From Chiloscyllium plagiosum (lineage: Eukaryota), in NCBI RefSeq assembly GCF_004010195.1, contig NC_057718.1, forward strand, positions 101,948,197 to 102,007,800: 59,604 nt of DNA. Direction: 5' to 3'. Shown here piece after piece: positions 39,095-52,895 of the stretch. The notes beneath the pieces were generated by a model. The model did not search any database. It worked only from the letters and a program-made list of their open reading frames with translations, and was not told the origin of the DNA. The position numbers and the translations under genes are program-made. Numbering within the stretch: the stretch's first letter is position 1; the number at the start of each line of letters is the position of its first letter.

Positions 39095-39527
39095 TGAAAC
39101 AACTCTTCAGAGGCTGGCATGCCATCACCCATCATTCTTTATTTACAAATGCATAGCCTTTGACAATAGCACAACCTCTCACTGAGTCAGGCATTCAGGG
39201 CTCAGTATCCCTGACATTCACCCTTTTATGGTAGACAGGCAGGAGGCTGGAATAACACAGCAAGCCAGGCAGCATCAGGAGGTGGAAAGTCAAAATTTCA
39301 CATGTAACTCTTCCTGTAACCTTGACTTCACTTACTGATGCTGCTAGGCTTGCTGTGTTTTTCCAGCCTCCTGCTTGTCTACCTTGGAATCCAGAATCTG
39401 AAGTTTCTTTTGTCTCATTTACCCTTTGATGTCAGCCAGGGCTCCCTGATTGGACCAGCTTAACAGCCCAATCAGGGGTCTCATATTCTATGAGGTCTAG
39501 CTGGCTGACCTCATTACAAACACAACA
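39095..39527 (-). mobile_element. Probable solo LTR inserted in a CR1
   Basis: TG...CA ends, 5-bp TSD gg(a/t)aa, homologous to 5543-5762. Confidence 0.6.
39230..39420. repeat. Palindromic PLE-derived cassette (diverged) inside a solo LTR
   Basis: ggtagacaggcaggaggctggaa ... ttccagcctcctgcttgtctacc. Confidence 0.7.
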
Positions 39528-41444
39528 GGTAAGACTACATTTGGAACATTGTCGAAGAGGTCAACCATTCTTCAAGAAGGATCCTCTTGCCTTGGAGTTG
39601 GTATAACAAAAGTCCACTGATTGGTTCCTTGAAGGAGAGAGCTGACATACAAGGAGAGATGGAATAGAATAAAACTATATTCTTTGAGTTTCTAACAATT
39701 AAAAGCTAATCTCATTGAGATATGTGGAATTCCTCCAAACCTGAGAAACTGTTTCCTCCTCATCTCAGGTTAAGGAGATGAAGGTTAAGGATGAAATTGT
39801 GAAGAAATGGCTTCACTCAGAGGGTTGTGAATCATTGGAATTCTCCACCACAGAGACATTGGATACTCCGTCATTGAGAGGATTGAAGATTGAGGTTAGT
39901 AGGTTTTTGGACACTGAAAAGAATCAAGGAATATAGGATTTGGTACAGAAATGAAACTGAGGTAAGAGATCAGCCATTATATTCTAGAGGGGCTGAATGG
40001 CCAGCTGTCACTACAATGTTTTATATTTTATATATTTTATGTTTTGTCCAATTTAATTGGAGAAAAAAGCAATAATTTGTAAGTTTTGAAATAGGACACA
40101 GATTTGTGATGTTCTATCACATAACTGAAGGAGTGAGTATTCTATTATTTGATATATCTGCTTTCTAGAGCCAGTGTGGGTGTTGTATTATTGTGAGTTT
40201 AATCACTACAGTATTATTTTGCTTTGATGCACGTTGTTGAGATCTGATTGAATCTCACAACTTCCATTGACACAAGTTGCCTCAAGCTTGTCTCTTGACA
40301 TGTCTCATTCAGAATCGTTCCGAAGTTGGATTTATATATCAACTTCACAGGATTTCCTGACTCTTAAAAATTGTTGTAGCCGGAGAGAGTTGGGATGGAA
40401 GTTGCAATTTGTAATTGTATACATTGGTGTTGGGAGAAAAGGGTGGGTAGACTGGGCTTTGAACCAAAGTATCAGGTGAGAATTATTGGCCCTGCACCCC
40501 TGTAATCAGCTCTTCTGATTGATCTCTTAAAACATTTACCATTTACCAGATATCACGGGCAAGTCCTGCATTTACTACTCATCTTTAATTCCTTCAGGAA
40601 GGTGGCATTTTCTTAAATCACTATAGTTCCTATGTTGTAGGTAGGCTCACAATACTGCTACAGAGAGAATTTACAGTATATTTCCATTGGCATGTTTCTG
40701 GGTCAGGATGGTGTATGGGTTGGGGGGGAGGGGGTGGATGTTCTCATGTACCTCCTGCTCTTGCCTTTTGAGGTGGCATAGATCGAGGGTTTGTAGGGTG
40801 CTGTTAAAAGAGCCTGGGTGAGTTGCTGCAGTGCATCTTGTAGATGGCACATGCCACACGACATGCCATATTTTCATCACTGGGAAGGTAATTAGCCTCA
40901 GTCCAAGAAGGACCTTGTGCATCTGTCATTGTCAGAGGGAGAATTTGAGGGGCACCTCTATGTGGGGCAAGGCAAGGACGTTGGCGAGTCTGAACAACCA
41001 CTGTCATTGTGGGGATCGAACCTGTGCTGTTAGCATCACTCTGGACCATCCTTTAGCCATCTAGCCAACTACAGTAATCTATCCTTACCCTTTCAGCATA
41101 ATGTTTGCTGATTATTATTGAAAATTCATTCGCGTTTTAGTTCAATGAGCCAAAATGCCACAGGTAAATATGTTCAAAAAAGACAAAAATTGGAAAATCA
41201 AATTCAATGAATATGGGATTGGCAACAACAAGATGCTGTCCTTTGGCATTTTCAGTTTGGAAATACATACCAAGGATTTCCCCCAAAAAAGTTACCCTAT
41301 TACCTCCTGAAAAAAGTGTTCTTTTTCCCTTGGTTACATAATTTTGCTTTGCATTTGTAAAATCTGATGGGGATTTCTGCCTCTCACTTGCTTTGCTCCT
41401 AACATAGCTCCTTCATTAACATAGCTTGACACATTATACCATAC

Positions 41445-41533
41445 CTGCCACCCGTGATGAGTAAGCCACTCCCACACCACATATGTTGTTATTGGCAGCA
41501 GCAGACACTTCACCAGCACACCGTGTCCCGTGG
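41445..41533 (-). CDS. PCSK2: PCSK2 coding exon (~exon 7) with catalytic His, (S)[29 protein letters not shown](G)
   Basis: HGTRCAGE subtilase motif; ctgcAG acceptor, GTatgg donor; 89 bp. Confidence 0.96.
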
Positions 41534-42054
41534 CTGCAGAAGAGGGTTCCATAATTATTCAACAATAAAATAAACATCACACATCAATGACTTGTTTTTG
41601 GTTTTGTTGATTCAGGGCACGTAGACAATGCTGGTAAAGGGCAGAATTTATTGTCCATCCTCAATTGCCCTTGCAAAGGTGGTGAGGTGCCTCATTGGCA
41701 GCTGGGTGGCACACTAGGCCAATTCAGGGTCAACTGTGGGTCTGGAGTCACATGTAGGCCAGACCAGGTAAGGTTGGCTGATTTCCTTCCCTAAGCAACA
41801 TTAACAAATCTGATGTGTTTTTCTGACATTCTACCAATTTTCTGCTCACAGTGACACTAGTTTCTGATTCCAGATTTATTCAACTTCAGTTCAATTCCAC
41901 ATCTGCTGATTAGAATTCAGGTTTCTGAAACATGATGTTATGCACGCTGGCAGGCAGGACCGAGGAGCTGTAAGCTGGTTAAACAGAGAAAGATGGCAGA
42001 GAGTAACAGGACAGAGGGTTTTCATCCATGAATGACAAAAAGCTAGCATCCAAA

Positions 42055-42780
42055 TAAGGAAGGGAAATAGAATGTTGGCCTTTATTTTGAAGGCATCGGA
42101 AAGGAGGTTTTGCTAAAACTATACAAGGTACTAGTCAGAGAGCAGATGTAATACAATGAACAGTTTTGTGTCCCTAATAAAAGATAGATACACTGACATT
42201 GGAGGCAGCCCAGGGAAAGTTCACGACACCGATCCCGAGTATGGAGGGACTGTCTTATGAGGAGAGATTAGTAGGTTGGGCCTGTTCTCAGAATTTAGAA
42301 AAAAAGAGAGGCGGTCTTATTGAAACATCCAAGAATCTCTCGGGTCTTGACGGGGTAGGTGTAGAAAGATTGTTTCCCCCGAGGGAGAGTGTGGGACCAC
42401 ACAGCATCATCTCAAAATAAGGGGTCACCTGTTTAAGACAGAGATGAAGAGGAATTTCGTCTCTTACAGGGTAATGAACCTGTGAAATTCTTTACCACGG
42501 AGGCCTGTCAAGGTTGGGTCAATGAGACAGATAGATTTTTAATCAGGAAGGGAATCAAAGGTTATGGGGAAAGGGCAGGAAAGTGGAGTTGAGGATTATT
42601 AGATCACTTATGACCTCAACGAATGGTGGAGCAGACTCAATGTAATAGGGCTTTTGCCCGAAACGTTGATTTTCCTGCTCCTCAGATGCTGCCTGACCTG
42701 CTGTGCTTCTCCAGAACCACTCTAATCTAGACTCGATGTAATAAGTGCTTACTTCTGCTCTTACATCTTACAGTCTTATG
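42055..42780 (+). mobile_element. CR1-type LINE 3' fragment with a short PLE tail inserted (42648-42729)
   Basis: MEGLSYEERL; TSD gactc(a/g)atgtaata. Confidence 0.75.
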
Positions 42781-42904
42781 ATAATCCATCTACTGATTTG
42801 CTAATATAGAGACAAGAATGTGCCATTGATTTGTAAACAATGGTAGCTATTGGAGACATGCTTGCAGGTTGACATGGTTGGTACCTGAATTTTGAAGAAT
42901 AGTT

Positions 42905-43378
42905 AGGAAACCCACATGAACGTTATCTACAGGATACCCTGCAGGGACTGTCAGAAACACTTCACAGGGCAGACAGCCATATGAGTGCACAAACATCAGC
43001 TGGCCACTGCCAGACATGACCAATACTCTCTCATTCCCAACCCACAGACAATGGAGGACACAAATTCAACTGGGACAATGTAACCATCCGAGCACAGGTG
43101 AAACAGGAATTTCTTGAAGCCGGGCACTCCAACCGGAACTCAATCAATAGACCGGAACTGGACTCCATATACAAACTGCTCAGATACACAATCAGAAGTA
43201 ACAACAAACAGAGACATATAAATACCAGGCAGGATAGAGCACCAACACCTTATCAAAGATGCACTGATCATGTCACCTTGCGAGGTGACGAAACGCTTGC
43301 AGAAAATCAAGTGGGCTCAGCGAACAAATCCACAACTTCATCCACAATGCGAGCTACAAAATCTTCTCAAAAACTCTA
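42905..43378 (+). mobile_element. Poseidon-like PLE 3' fragment (GIY-YIG remnant plus degenerate hammerhead)
   Basis: aacgttatctacaggataccctgc reads NVIYRIPC; FLEAGHS...SIN; similar to 23480-23954; CTGATCA-TGTCACC..GGTGAC-GAAACG at 43264-43296. Confidence 0.75.
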
Positions 43379-46300
43379 ATATTGAGGAAGATCAAGCAGC
43401 TAGGGAAGGGTGGAGAAATGACCCTATTCATGTATAATGGACAGAGAGGGTGGCCTAAGCTCAGGAAACCAGGATGTGGCAACATTCTGGGAATTGATGA
43501 GAAATGATAAAGTCAGTTGTGGGAGTGGAGTACAGGACCCTTGTGAGAAACCACATGGTAAGGTGAAGCACAGAGGGAAATATAATGGCAGCTCATCAGA
43601 AAAGCATGGCAATAATCATGAAAGATTTTCATCTACAAGTAGATCAAACATGTTATTTGGATAAAGGTAGCCTTGATGACCAATGTATTGAATGTTTTCA
43701 GGATAATTTATTATGATATACTCAGCCTGGTATTGAGAAACAAGATGGAATTCATTATTGATTTCATAGTGAAACTGCTCCTAGAAAATAGCGACAATAA
43801 CATGACTGAATTTTAAACTCAGCTCCAGGGAGAGAGTGGGTTTGAGAGAGTTTTTAACAACTTAAACAAGGGCAATAATGAGGGCATGAAAGCAGGGTTG
43901 GGCCAAGTGAATTGGCAAGTTAGGCTAAAGGATAGGTCAAAGAAATGCAGTGGCAGATATTTAAGGGGACATTCAAGAATAAATAGAACAGACATATTCC
44001 AAAGAGTAAGAAAAGTTCCAAGGGACAGGCCTACCATCCATGGTGAACCACAAATGTTAAAGGTAGAATCAAACTAACAGGAAAAGCATGTGAGTATACA
44101 AGGGCAGGTGGCAGGTCAGTGTTGCTGGGTCAAAATTCTGGAATTCCCTTCCTAATGGCGTTATGGGTCTACCTACAGCACATAGACTGCAGTGGCTCGA
44201 AAAGACAGCTCACCATCACCTTCTCAAGGGAAAGCTAGGGACGGGCAATAAATACTGACCCAGCCAGTGACACCCATGTCCTGTGCATGAACAAAATAAA
44301 AATTCTTGAGAATTGGCAGAGTTACATTAACTCAATCTCTCTGCCTGCTGCACACCCTCCGAACCTGCAGCTCCCCGTTCTCTCAGGTCTAACCCTGACA
44401 TGAGTGACATTTCTACAAAGGGTGATAGAGGTTTGGAACTGCCTTTCACAAACAGCTGTGATGCTGCATCAGTTGTTCATTTCAAATGTGAGACAGATAA
44501 ATTTTCATTAACAAAGGTATTAAGGGATATCGGCCAAAAGCAGGTATATGGAGTTAGGCCACAGATCAGCCATGATCTTGTTGAATGGCGGATCAGGCTG
44601 GAGGGGCTGAATGGCCTACTCCTGTTGCTATGTTCATTGTCACTAAACCTGTTTTGTTGTTTTCTGAAATACTGACCTTCACATTGCGGAGCTAGAGCAC
44701 CAAGTGTCAGGTTATGGCACAGTGAGCGTGTCCCTACCTCTGGAACCCCATGCAGGCTGAAGTCCTACTTGCTCCAGAGGTGTGTAAATGCATCTCTGAA
44801 CTGTTTGATTAGAAGATATCAGGTAGTTGTCGTGGTCACCGTCGCTGAGAGTAACTTTTAAATCCAGATTTATTCACTTAAATTCCCAGCTGCCATGGTC
44901 AAATGTGAGTCCTCGTCCCCAGAGAATTAACCTGAGCCTCTGGATTTCTGATCCAGTGACATTACCATACTTTATCATCTCCCCTTTTCAATTCTAATAG
45001 TAAATGAAAATGCTGTTTATTATTTAACACATTAGTTCTAAATTTTCTTTTAGACATAACCGTACACCTGTCATACAGGTAACTAAGACTCAACTACTCA
45101 ATTCTATCATGATTAAAAGTAAAATGCTGCAAGATGCTGGAAATCTGAAACAAAGAGAGAGATTATTGGAGAACCTCAGCATGTCCGGCGGCCTCAGTGG
45201 AGAGAGAAACAGAGTTAAAGTTTCAAGTTCAGGGATCCTCCTTCAGAATTTCCAAAGAATTTCCACCTCGGACTCAAAATATTAACTCTGTTTCTATCTC
45301 TCCACAGATTCTCCAGCACTCTCCATGCTGTTTCTCTTCTGTCGGTGTTGTGTGATAGATATTAAAAAGTTATTTTTCATAGGATTTGGAAATCGCTGGC
45401 AAGGTCAACATTTGTCCCCCATCCCTCACTGCCCCCGAATGAGGTGGCTCTCTAATTCATTTCAGAGGCCAGTTAAGAGTCAACTACATTGCTGTGGGTT
45501 CGGAGTCACATGTCAGTCAGACCAGTTAAGGACAATAAAGTGATCCAGATGGATTTTTAACAATAATTAATGAAAGGTTGTTTATTATCAAAGCTAATAT
45601 TGAATTGAATTTCCCCAGTGGAATTGGAGCCTATATCCCTGAAGCATTAACCTGTGAACCTAAATTACCACTTCATCACCATCTCCCCAAGTTTTTAAGT
45701 GTTATGTTTTCTTTTTTCTTTTTTTTCTTTTTTTCATTAAGTTTTTACTTTTTTTTATTTCTTTTTTCTTTTTCTTTAACCCCCCACACTACCACCTAAG
45801 TGCAGTAGAGTGTTATGTTTTAATGTGAAGTAAATTCAAGAACACTAATTACAATCAATATTATACTGTCCTTTTGTCTGTCGGTATCATCATGTCAAAA
45901 GACATCTAATCATTTCAACACAATAACTTATATTCCAGGTCCAGTGAGCACATATTATCCAATAGGATATCTCTTTCTGAACTAACTCTATTTTCCATCT
46001 ACTCAGTTCTTCCTCTTTATTTTTGGAGTTGGGCAAATAAACAGAAGACTATTTCGCAAAGATTTCAAGTTTGGGCTTTAGACACAAAACTAGTCACCCT
46101 AAACCTGACCAATATGTCAGAATCTTTGGTCAGTGCACTACACAGTCAAATACAGTCGAATAGACCAAATAATCGCAGAGGCATTTCCAATATAAATAGA
46201 TTAACAAGAATCCTCATAAAACCAAGAGCAGTTTGGCTTTCACCTCCTGAATAAATATATGTTTCACTGTGGACAAAGGATGGAGCATCAAGTGCATTAA

Positions 46301-46489
46301 AGCGATTTGGATCAAATACTAAAATCAATACCTAATGTGACCCAGACACTGACCGCTCTCTGCTGTCATTGAGTGGCCTTGATTGTTTGGCACATTCATA
46401 ATTCAGTAAGACTGCATGCTTTTCAGCATTCTAAGAGCCTGCAGCTTCTTGGGCAGCACCTAAGAATGAACACATTGCGTCTGCATTAC

Positions 46490-46566
46490 CTGTTAAACCA
46501 ATCATCTGTGTAGCGGGGATATGGATATGGATCATTGCTGCTGAAATCGTAGCTGGCTTCTGCATT
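46490..46566 (-). CDS. PCSK2: PCSK2 coding exon (probably exon 6 by analogy to mammals), NAEASYDFSSNDPYPYPRYTDDWFN(S)
   Basis: Manual translation of the minus strand; acceptor ttacAG, donor GTaatg; 77 bp; phase matches the next exon. Not in the ORF track. Confidence 0.95.
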
Positions 46567-47046
46567 CTGTAAGAGATCAGTACATCAAACTGAAGCTTCA
46601 AATGATATGAATTCTCATTATGAAGAAATGTAAAAACACAGTCATTGGGAGGAAAATAGACAACAGTTCATCCTGCAGCAAAATGGGTACTGCTTAGTTA
46701 GTAACCGATAAATTATGATAATTTGCAATTTGGCATTCTTGGATATGTCCTGATGAATGAAAAGTGCAAAGCCTCATCATCATTTGACTTAGATCTAATC
46801 AATAATTATGACCATTTTTAACTAAGTAGCTTTTCTTTAATGTGGAAGTGCCAATGTTGGACTGGGGTGGACAAAGTCAGAAGTCACATGACACCAGGTT
46901 ACAGTCCAACAGTTTATTTGAAATCACAAGCTTTTGGAGCATTGCTCCTTCATCAGGTTTATAGATTTTAACATAGGTTTTGTCTCACACATACAACATG
47001 TAAACTACCAATTGTTACACATTTTGACATATATAACAGGATAGTA

Positions 47047-47253
47047 AACCTGTTGCATGGTGTGGGATGGTTCACCAGCATTGTCATCTCTCCAGCAGTC
47101 ATGCCTCTTTCTAGCTACAAGCCTGTGTGTAATGTGATATAGCTTCTTACAGTTAGCGTAATGTTTTTTCCCTACACTGAACATCGTGCCTCTGACATGT
47201 GGCTTGTTGGGCGAGGGGTATGATTATTACTTTGGGTTTTCTGGGGTAGCATG
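47047..47253 (+). repeat. 207-bp direct repeat, copy 1
   Basis: Identical by eye to 48377-48583. Confidence 0.92.
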
Positions 47254-48376
47254 TTAATTAATCCCTGGGATGGAATAATTGTCTAACGGCGAGAGATTGA
47301 GGAAACAGGGTATGTATTCTTTAGGGTTTTGAAGAATGGGGGATGATTTTATTGAAACTTGCAAAGTTTCTACAGGGCATGAAGTGTCATAAAATTGGAT
47401 CGGAACCCAAATTCCTATGGACATATTGAAATTTGACAAGACGTGCCATTTTAAATCAAAGATTGCTGAAGGATTACAAATATATTTTTGTCGGGCTTGG
47501 ATATCTTCTTGGTGAATGTCATCTGGAAGTGGATGAGAGTGTGGGACCAACATCAGCACCTGCTGAGGAGGGTTTCTGAAGCCCTCAAGTCCAGCCTGAA
47601 AGACAAGGCAGAGGAGCTGGGAGAGACTGGAGTCATTAAGGAAGTGGTAACTCCTTCAGTCTGAAGGCCACCTGGAAGGCTGAAGGTTGGCATAGATCCA
47701 AAGGATCTCATTAAGGCTTTGAAGACCATAATCAGAATCCAGAGAGGCTGCTAGAGAGAGGTCACTGGAGGAACCTGGAAGTTGAACTAGAAAAATATAA
47801 AAGTACCTGGATTCACATGCATACTTCATGCACTGACAGTGAAAGGATCCTGTCCAAACTTCAGTCTTGTTGCAGCTGAGATTAGTGGATTTTGCTTAAC
47901 GTCTGCTGCCTGAAACTGTAGTTCTGTATTCGTCCTACTGCATTGGGCTGTCAGCTTCATTTATCGGGTCGTACAGCATGGAAACTGACCCTTTGGTCTA
48001 ACTTGTCCATTCCAACCAACTTTACTAAACTAGGCTAGTCCCACTTGTCTGTGTTTGGCCCATATTCCTCTATACCTTTCATATTCATGTCCCTGTCCAA
48101 ATGTCTTTTAAATATTATAACTGTACCTGCATCTACCATTTCCTCTAGTAGTTCATTCTTGGGATGAGTATCATTCCATTGCTTCACCTCAATGTTGTAT
48201 TTGAGGACTTCAATCGGGGTCAGCATGCTGAGTCACATCATACAGGTCTGTGATGCTCATTACGTTACATGAAGCACCAGTGTCTATTTGATTCTTAACC
48301 TTCACTTGATGCTCTTGTGTAGTCATCATTTTAATTTGCACAAACCACTCTGAGCATTTTTAGACCTGTTGATACT

Positions 48377-48583
48377 AACCTGTTGCATGGTGTGGGATGG
48401 TTCACCAGCATTGTCATCTCTCCAGCAGTCATGCCTCTTTCTAGCTACAAGCCTGTGTGTAATGTGATATAGCTTCTTACAGTTAGCGTAATGTTTTTTC
48501 CCTACACTGAACATCGTGCCTCTGACATGTGGCTTGTTGGGCGAGGGGTATGATTATTACTTTGGGTTTTCTGGGGTAGCATG
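48377..48583 (+). repeat. 207-bp direct repeat, copy 2
   Basis: Identical by eye to 47047-47253. Confidence 0.92.
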
Positions 48584-48884
48584 GTGGATCAGTGGTTAGC
48601 ACTGCTGCCTCGCAACATCAGGGTTCCAGGTTCGATTCCACCTTGGGCAATTGTCTGTGTGGAGTTTGCATATTCTCCCTGTGTCTGTGTGGGTTTCCAC
48701 CAGGTGCTCTGGTTTCCACCTACTGTCCAAAGATGTGCAGGTCAGGTGAATTGGCCATGTTAAATTGCCCATAGCGTTAGGTGCATTAGTCAGATCAAAA
48801 TGGGTCTGGGTGGGTTACTCTTCGGAGGGTCGGTGTGGACTTGTTGGGCTGAAGGGCCTGTTTCCACACTGTAGGGGATCTAAT
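48575..48884 (+). mobile_element. HE1-like SINE
   Basis: Same family as 826-1136. Confidence 0.8.
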
Positions 48885-50678
48885 CTTCTTGTTCGTGTGG
48901 CATCTTTTAGAATATTTACATTCTCTACTTTGCATTAGATCGTTTTGTTTAACCTTCTGCAAATTTTCTTCTTTATTCTCTCCTACTATGTTGTTTTTGT
49001 TTGGACTGGATTGTCTCTCAGTATTATGTAAATCCACAGCCATTCTTGCATTAGTACTTTCCAGCTAAAGTGACAACCTCAGAGCTCTATATCGATAGTT
49101 ATCTGGAGAGTAAGTTTCTCCTCTGTCAGCAGACACGCAGTAATGCAGAATCTCTTATGCCTCAGAACATCTCATTACTCATCAGCTAGATGTCTCAGTT
49201 CCCTCACATATTGAACAATTTTCTCCCTCTCTCCCTGAATTCTGAGATTGAATGTATACCATATATAAATAACATTGATATAAGTTTCAAAGTGTAATTT
49301 CAATGTCCTTAGAATTTCTCCAGTTTGGCTTTCTTGATCCTCACTGAGTTTGAGGGCACATTGTAGCGCTCAGTCTCCAGCTCTAATAGGACAATTGCTA
49401 CTCCTATTTGTTCAGGTTTTTTGTTTAACTCTGTAGCTATTTCATAATTTTGCCTTTGGGGCAAAATGTATTATCGTTCTATATCATATAATTTTTCATT
49501 TGCACTGCACTGGAAAATTCACAGTCAGTTTGATTAATCCAATGGTTGAACATTACTAGATTGCTGATCTAACTCTTCCTTGCTGTTCATTACCACAGCT
49601 GGCTCTCTTGCCACTTAGGAAATCCACGTAACTTCAGTTGGACAGTTCTGGCACCAGAGTTCATGTAGAAGCGTTTAATGGCTTTTTTTCCTAAACTGCC
49701 AACATACTTATACCTTAGATCACATGGGTATGCCAAGTCACATTGAGCATGATACTTACAAGTGAAGTTCTCCAAATGGAATGTGTGTCGACATGGACTG
49801 AAATACGTTCTCACTGATCAATACAGTTATCTATCTTTCTGACGTACTGATGTAACAATCCTGTTCCCACCATAATGATCAGACCCTAGCTTATATTAGA
49901 CATCTCTGCCATTGATGACATGCCCCACAATTTGCAATACAGAGAACTGTACCCCACCTTCCATCTCTTCCCCCTTTACCAAAACTAACATGGACTCTCA
50001 CTAACCACTCCAACCCAGCTGTAGGTTCCTTACCCTGCTGTTGGCCAATGACTTTCAACAGAGCATTCCCCAATTGACAGACAGCCCATTTAATCACCCA
50101 TTTATCAGGCCCACCTCCATCAATAATCAGGCACTCGATGCTGCTTGTAGCTTTGCTATTGTAATATAGGCAGCGATTATCCTTTAATCAAAATTTTTAA
50201 AATGTTCAAACTAAAATTGAGATTTGTAGTGAACGCTTATTCAATACATCATAATTGTACTTACACAATTACTGTGATAGACTTAACATCAGCCATTAAT
50301 GTACAGCTAATTCTGTTCAAATATTTACAGGATCTTGTCAATTTTTAATTGCTAAAATTAATGTTTTGCATTCCCTTGAAGAAGCAGTGCTCCTTTGCAT
50401 GTGAATTAAAGCCCATATTTCATAAACACAATGGGCTGTTTCACAAATGCACCCACCATCATTATCTCATCCTGTTGTAAAATTTGATTATATCATTGAA
50501 ATTTAAGAGCTGATAATCTCCAGGGATCAACTTGACTCCTCATCATTATTTTGCCTTGTAGTAGTGCCTATGGGGAAACTAACTAGAAAATATGCAAGCC
50601 AATGATAAGGACACAAGACCAGAAGAGATAGGAACAGTCTGAGACCATTTGGCCCCTTGAGTTGACTTTCCCATTCAA

Positions 50679-51093
50679 GGAAGAGCGCCTCATTTTCCGC
50701 CTAGGAACCCTCCAACCATAAGGGATGAACTCAGATTTCTCCAGTTTCCTCATTTCCCCTCCCCCCACCTTGTCTCAGTCCCAACCCTCGAACTCAGCAC
50801 CACCTTCCTAACCTGCAATCTTCTTCCTGACCTCTCCGCCCCCACCCCCACTCCAGCCTATCGCCCTCACCTTAACCTCCTTCCACCTATCACATTTCCA
50901 ACGCCCCGCCCCCAAGTCCCTCCTCCCTACCTTTTATTTTAGCCTGCTTGGCACACCTTCCTCATTCCTGAAGAAGGGCTCATGCCCGAAACGTCGATTC
51001 TCCTGCTCATTGGATGCCGCCTGACCTGCTGCGCTTTTCCAGCAACACATTTTCAGCTCTGATCTCCAGCGTCTGCAGTCCTCACTTTCTCCT
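50679..51093 (+). mobile_element. Neptune-like PLE 3' end with hammerhead
   Basis: Begins with EERLIFRLGTLQP-like endonuclease C-terminus; flanked by the 13-bp TSD ctttcccattcaa. Confidence 0.8.
50963..50999 (+). ncRNA. Minimal hammerhead ribozyme motif, family A
   Basis: CTGAAGA-A-GGGC-TCAT-GCCC-GAAA-CG-TC; intact core, short imperfect stem I. Confidence 0.75.
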
Positions 51094-52895
51094 TTCCCAT
51101 TCAATGTAAGTCAGGGCCTATTTTCTTCCTCAATTTCTTAATTCTTTGATCATCCAACATCTATTGATCTCAGCCTTGAATCTTCTCAATGACTGGGAAG
51201 TGGAATTAGAGGAGAAAGGTTATCACAGAATTCATGGGCCATAGAGCCTCTTCTGTGCTGTATGACTTGATAACCAAAGCCCCACAGCCAACTGGGGTAG
51301 ATTCTTCCATGGATCAGCAGCCTTCCAATTGAAGCAATGTCTCTTCATCTCAGTCCTACATAACAGATTCCTTACCTTGAAGCCACGAGCTGGATTTTCC
51401 TAGTCTACTTGCTGATTGATTTACTATTAAGCTGATTGAACATCAATGATCCCGATAAGGAAAATGCTGAGAGGTTTACAGCAGTCAGGGAGTCTAGAAT
51501 TCGGGAATGTTGTCTCAGGATATAGGATGATCATTTGTGACTGAGATGAGGAAGAAGTTCTTTCCAAAAAAAGGATTGTGAATTTTAGGCACTCTTCACT
51601 ATGGAGGGCTATGGATGCTCCATCGTTGAAGATACTTTAAGGCCAGGAAAAAACAGACCTTGGTTTCTGAAAGAATCAAGGGATACACAGAGTGAGCGGG
51701 AAGGTGCAGTTGAAGTCCAACATCAGCCATGGTTATATAAATGGCGGGGCAGGTTGGATGGATGAAATGGTCTACATCTGCTCCTATTTGTTGCATTCCT
51801 GGAGATTGGGCTTAGTATGAGGGGCTGGCTCAGAAAAATAGTGCTTGGAAGTAACTCAACTCAAGTGTGCATGGGATGATCATTCGGATGGATATGGTAC
51901 AGCATCCCTACCTCTGAACCTTGAACCTGGGTTCAAGTCCTTCCCGCTCTGAAAATGTGTCTTAACACATGAACAGGTTGATTGGAAAATATCTGGAAAT
52001 GCTGTGCAGGATGTTGGGAAAAGGCAGCAGATTGGCACTAGAACTGGTGAAGGCACAATGGGCCGAATGGCCTTCTTCTGTACCATAATAATTCTGTGTC
52101 TCTGTGAGGGCAAGCCTGGAGACAGCTCTCTGATGTTTTCTTGGCCAATATTAATAGAGGTCTCAGTGTGGCTGGGTGAATGAGGTTGGAGGGATGAAAG
52201 TGTGCTAAGACATTGGAGCCAGAGTTCCCAAACCTTACATCTATGGGGTGTGGGTGGGTGCATCAATGAAAGGCCACCATCGTATCTGACCCATGGTTCA
52301 GCACAGGGGTCTCCCTCCTAACCCAGTCTAAGACAGTGATGGGTATCTCCACATTGAGAATGCCCACATTACAAAGTTACCACTGGAGTATCGATTTCAC
52401 CATTCTTTCTGCCACCACCTGCAGGCTCAGGAATCTTATCTGCTCCCGATATCGGGATCCCAAAGCCAGTAGGAACACCTTGCCAAGTGATCCCTTGTTT
52501 TAGGTTCCCCAGCTGGAGCTGGAAGAGGGTAGAACAACCTCTCACAACCTCTGCCAGGGTCTGCAAGAATTTTATGCATTTCCGTGAGATATGCAATCCT
52601 GGGCAAGAAAACCACAAACATTAATCGGCAAAATGCAAAACAAAAATCTGAGGGAAGTGAACAATCAATTTCTTTCTGAAATAGCTTAGCCATCATAAAT
52701 AAAGTCTACTTGTTTGAATTAACCTGTTCAATAATTCCACAATTAGACAGGGTGCACATTTACCAAAATTATGCTGTGACGTGCTGCCAATATACAGCCA
52801 ATTGAGAGATGTTCCAAGGGTTCTGGGAGATTTTGACATTGCCTTAATGTCATAACTGTCCCTCAGGGATTTGTGAACCTTCTGAACATTAGCAA

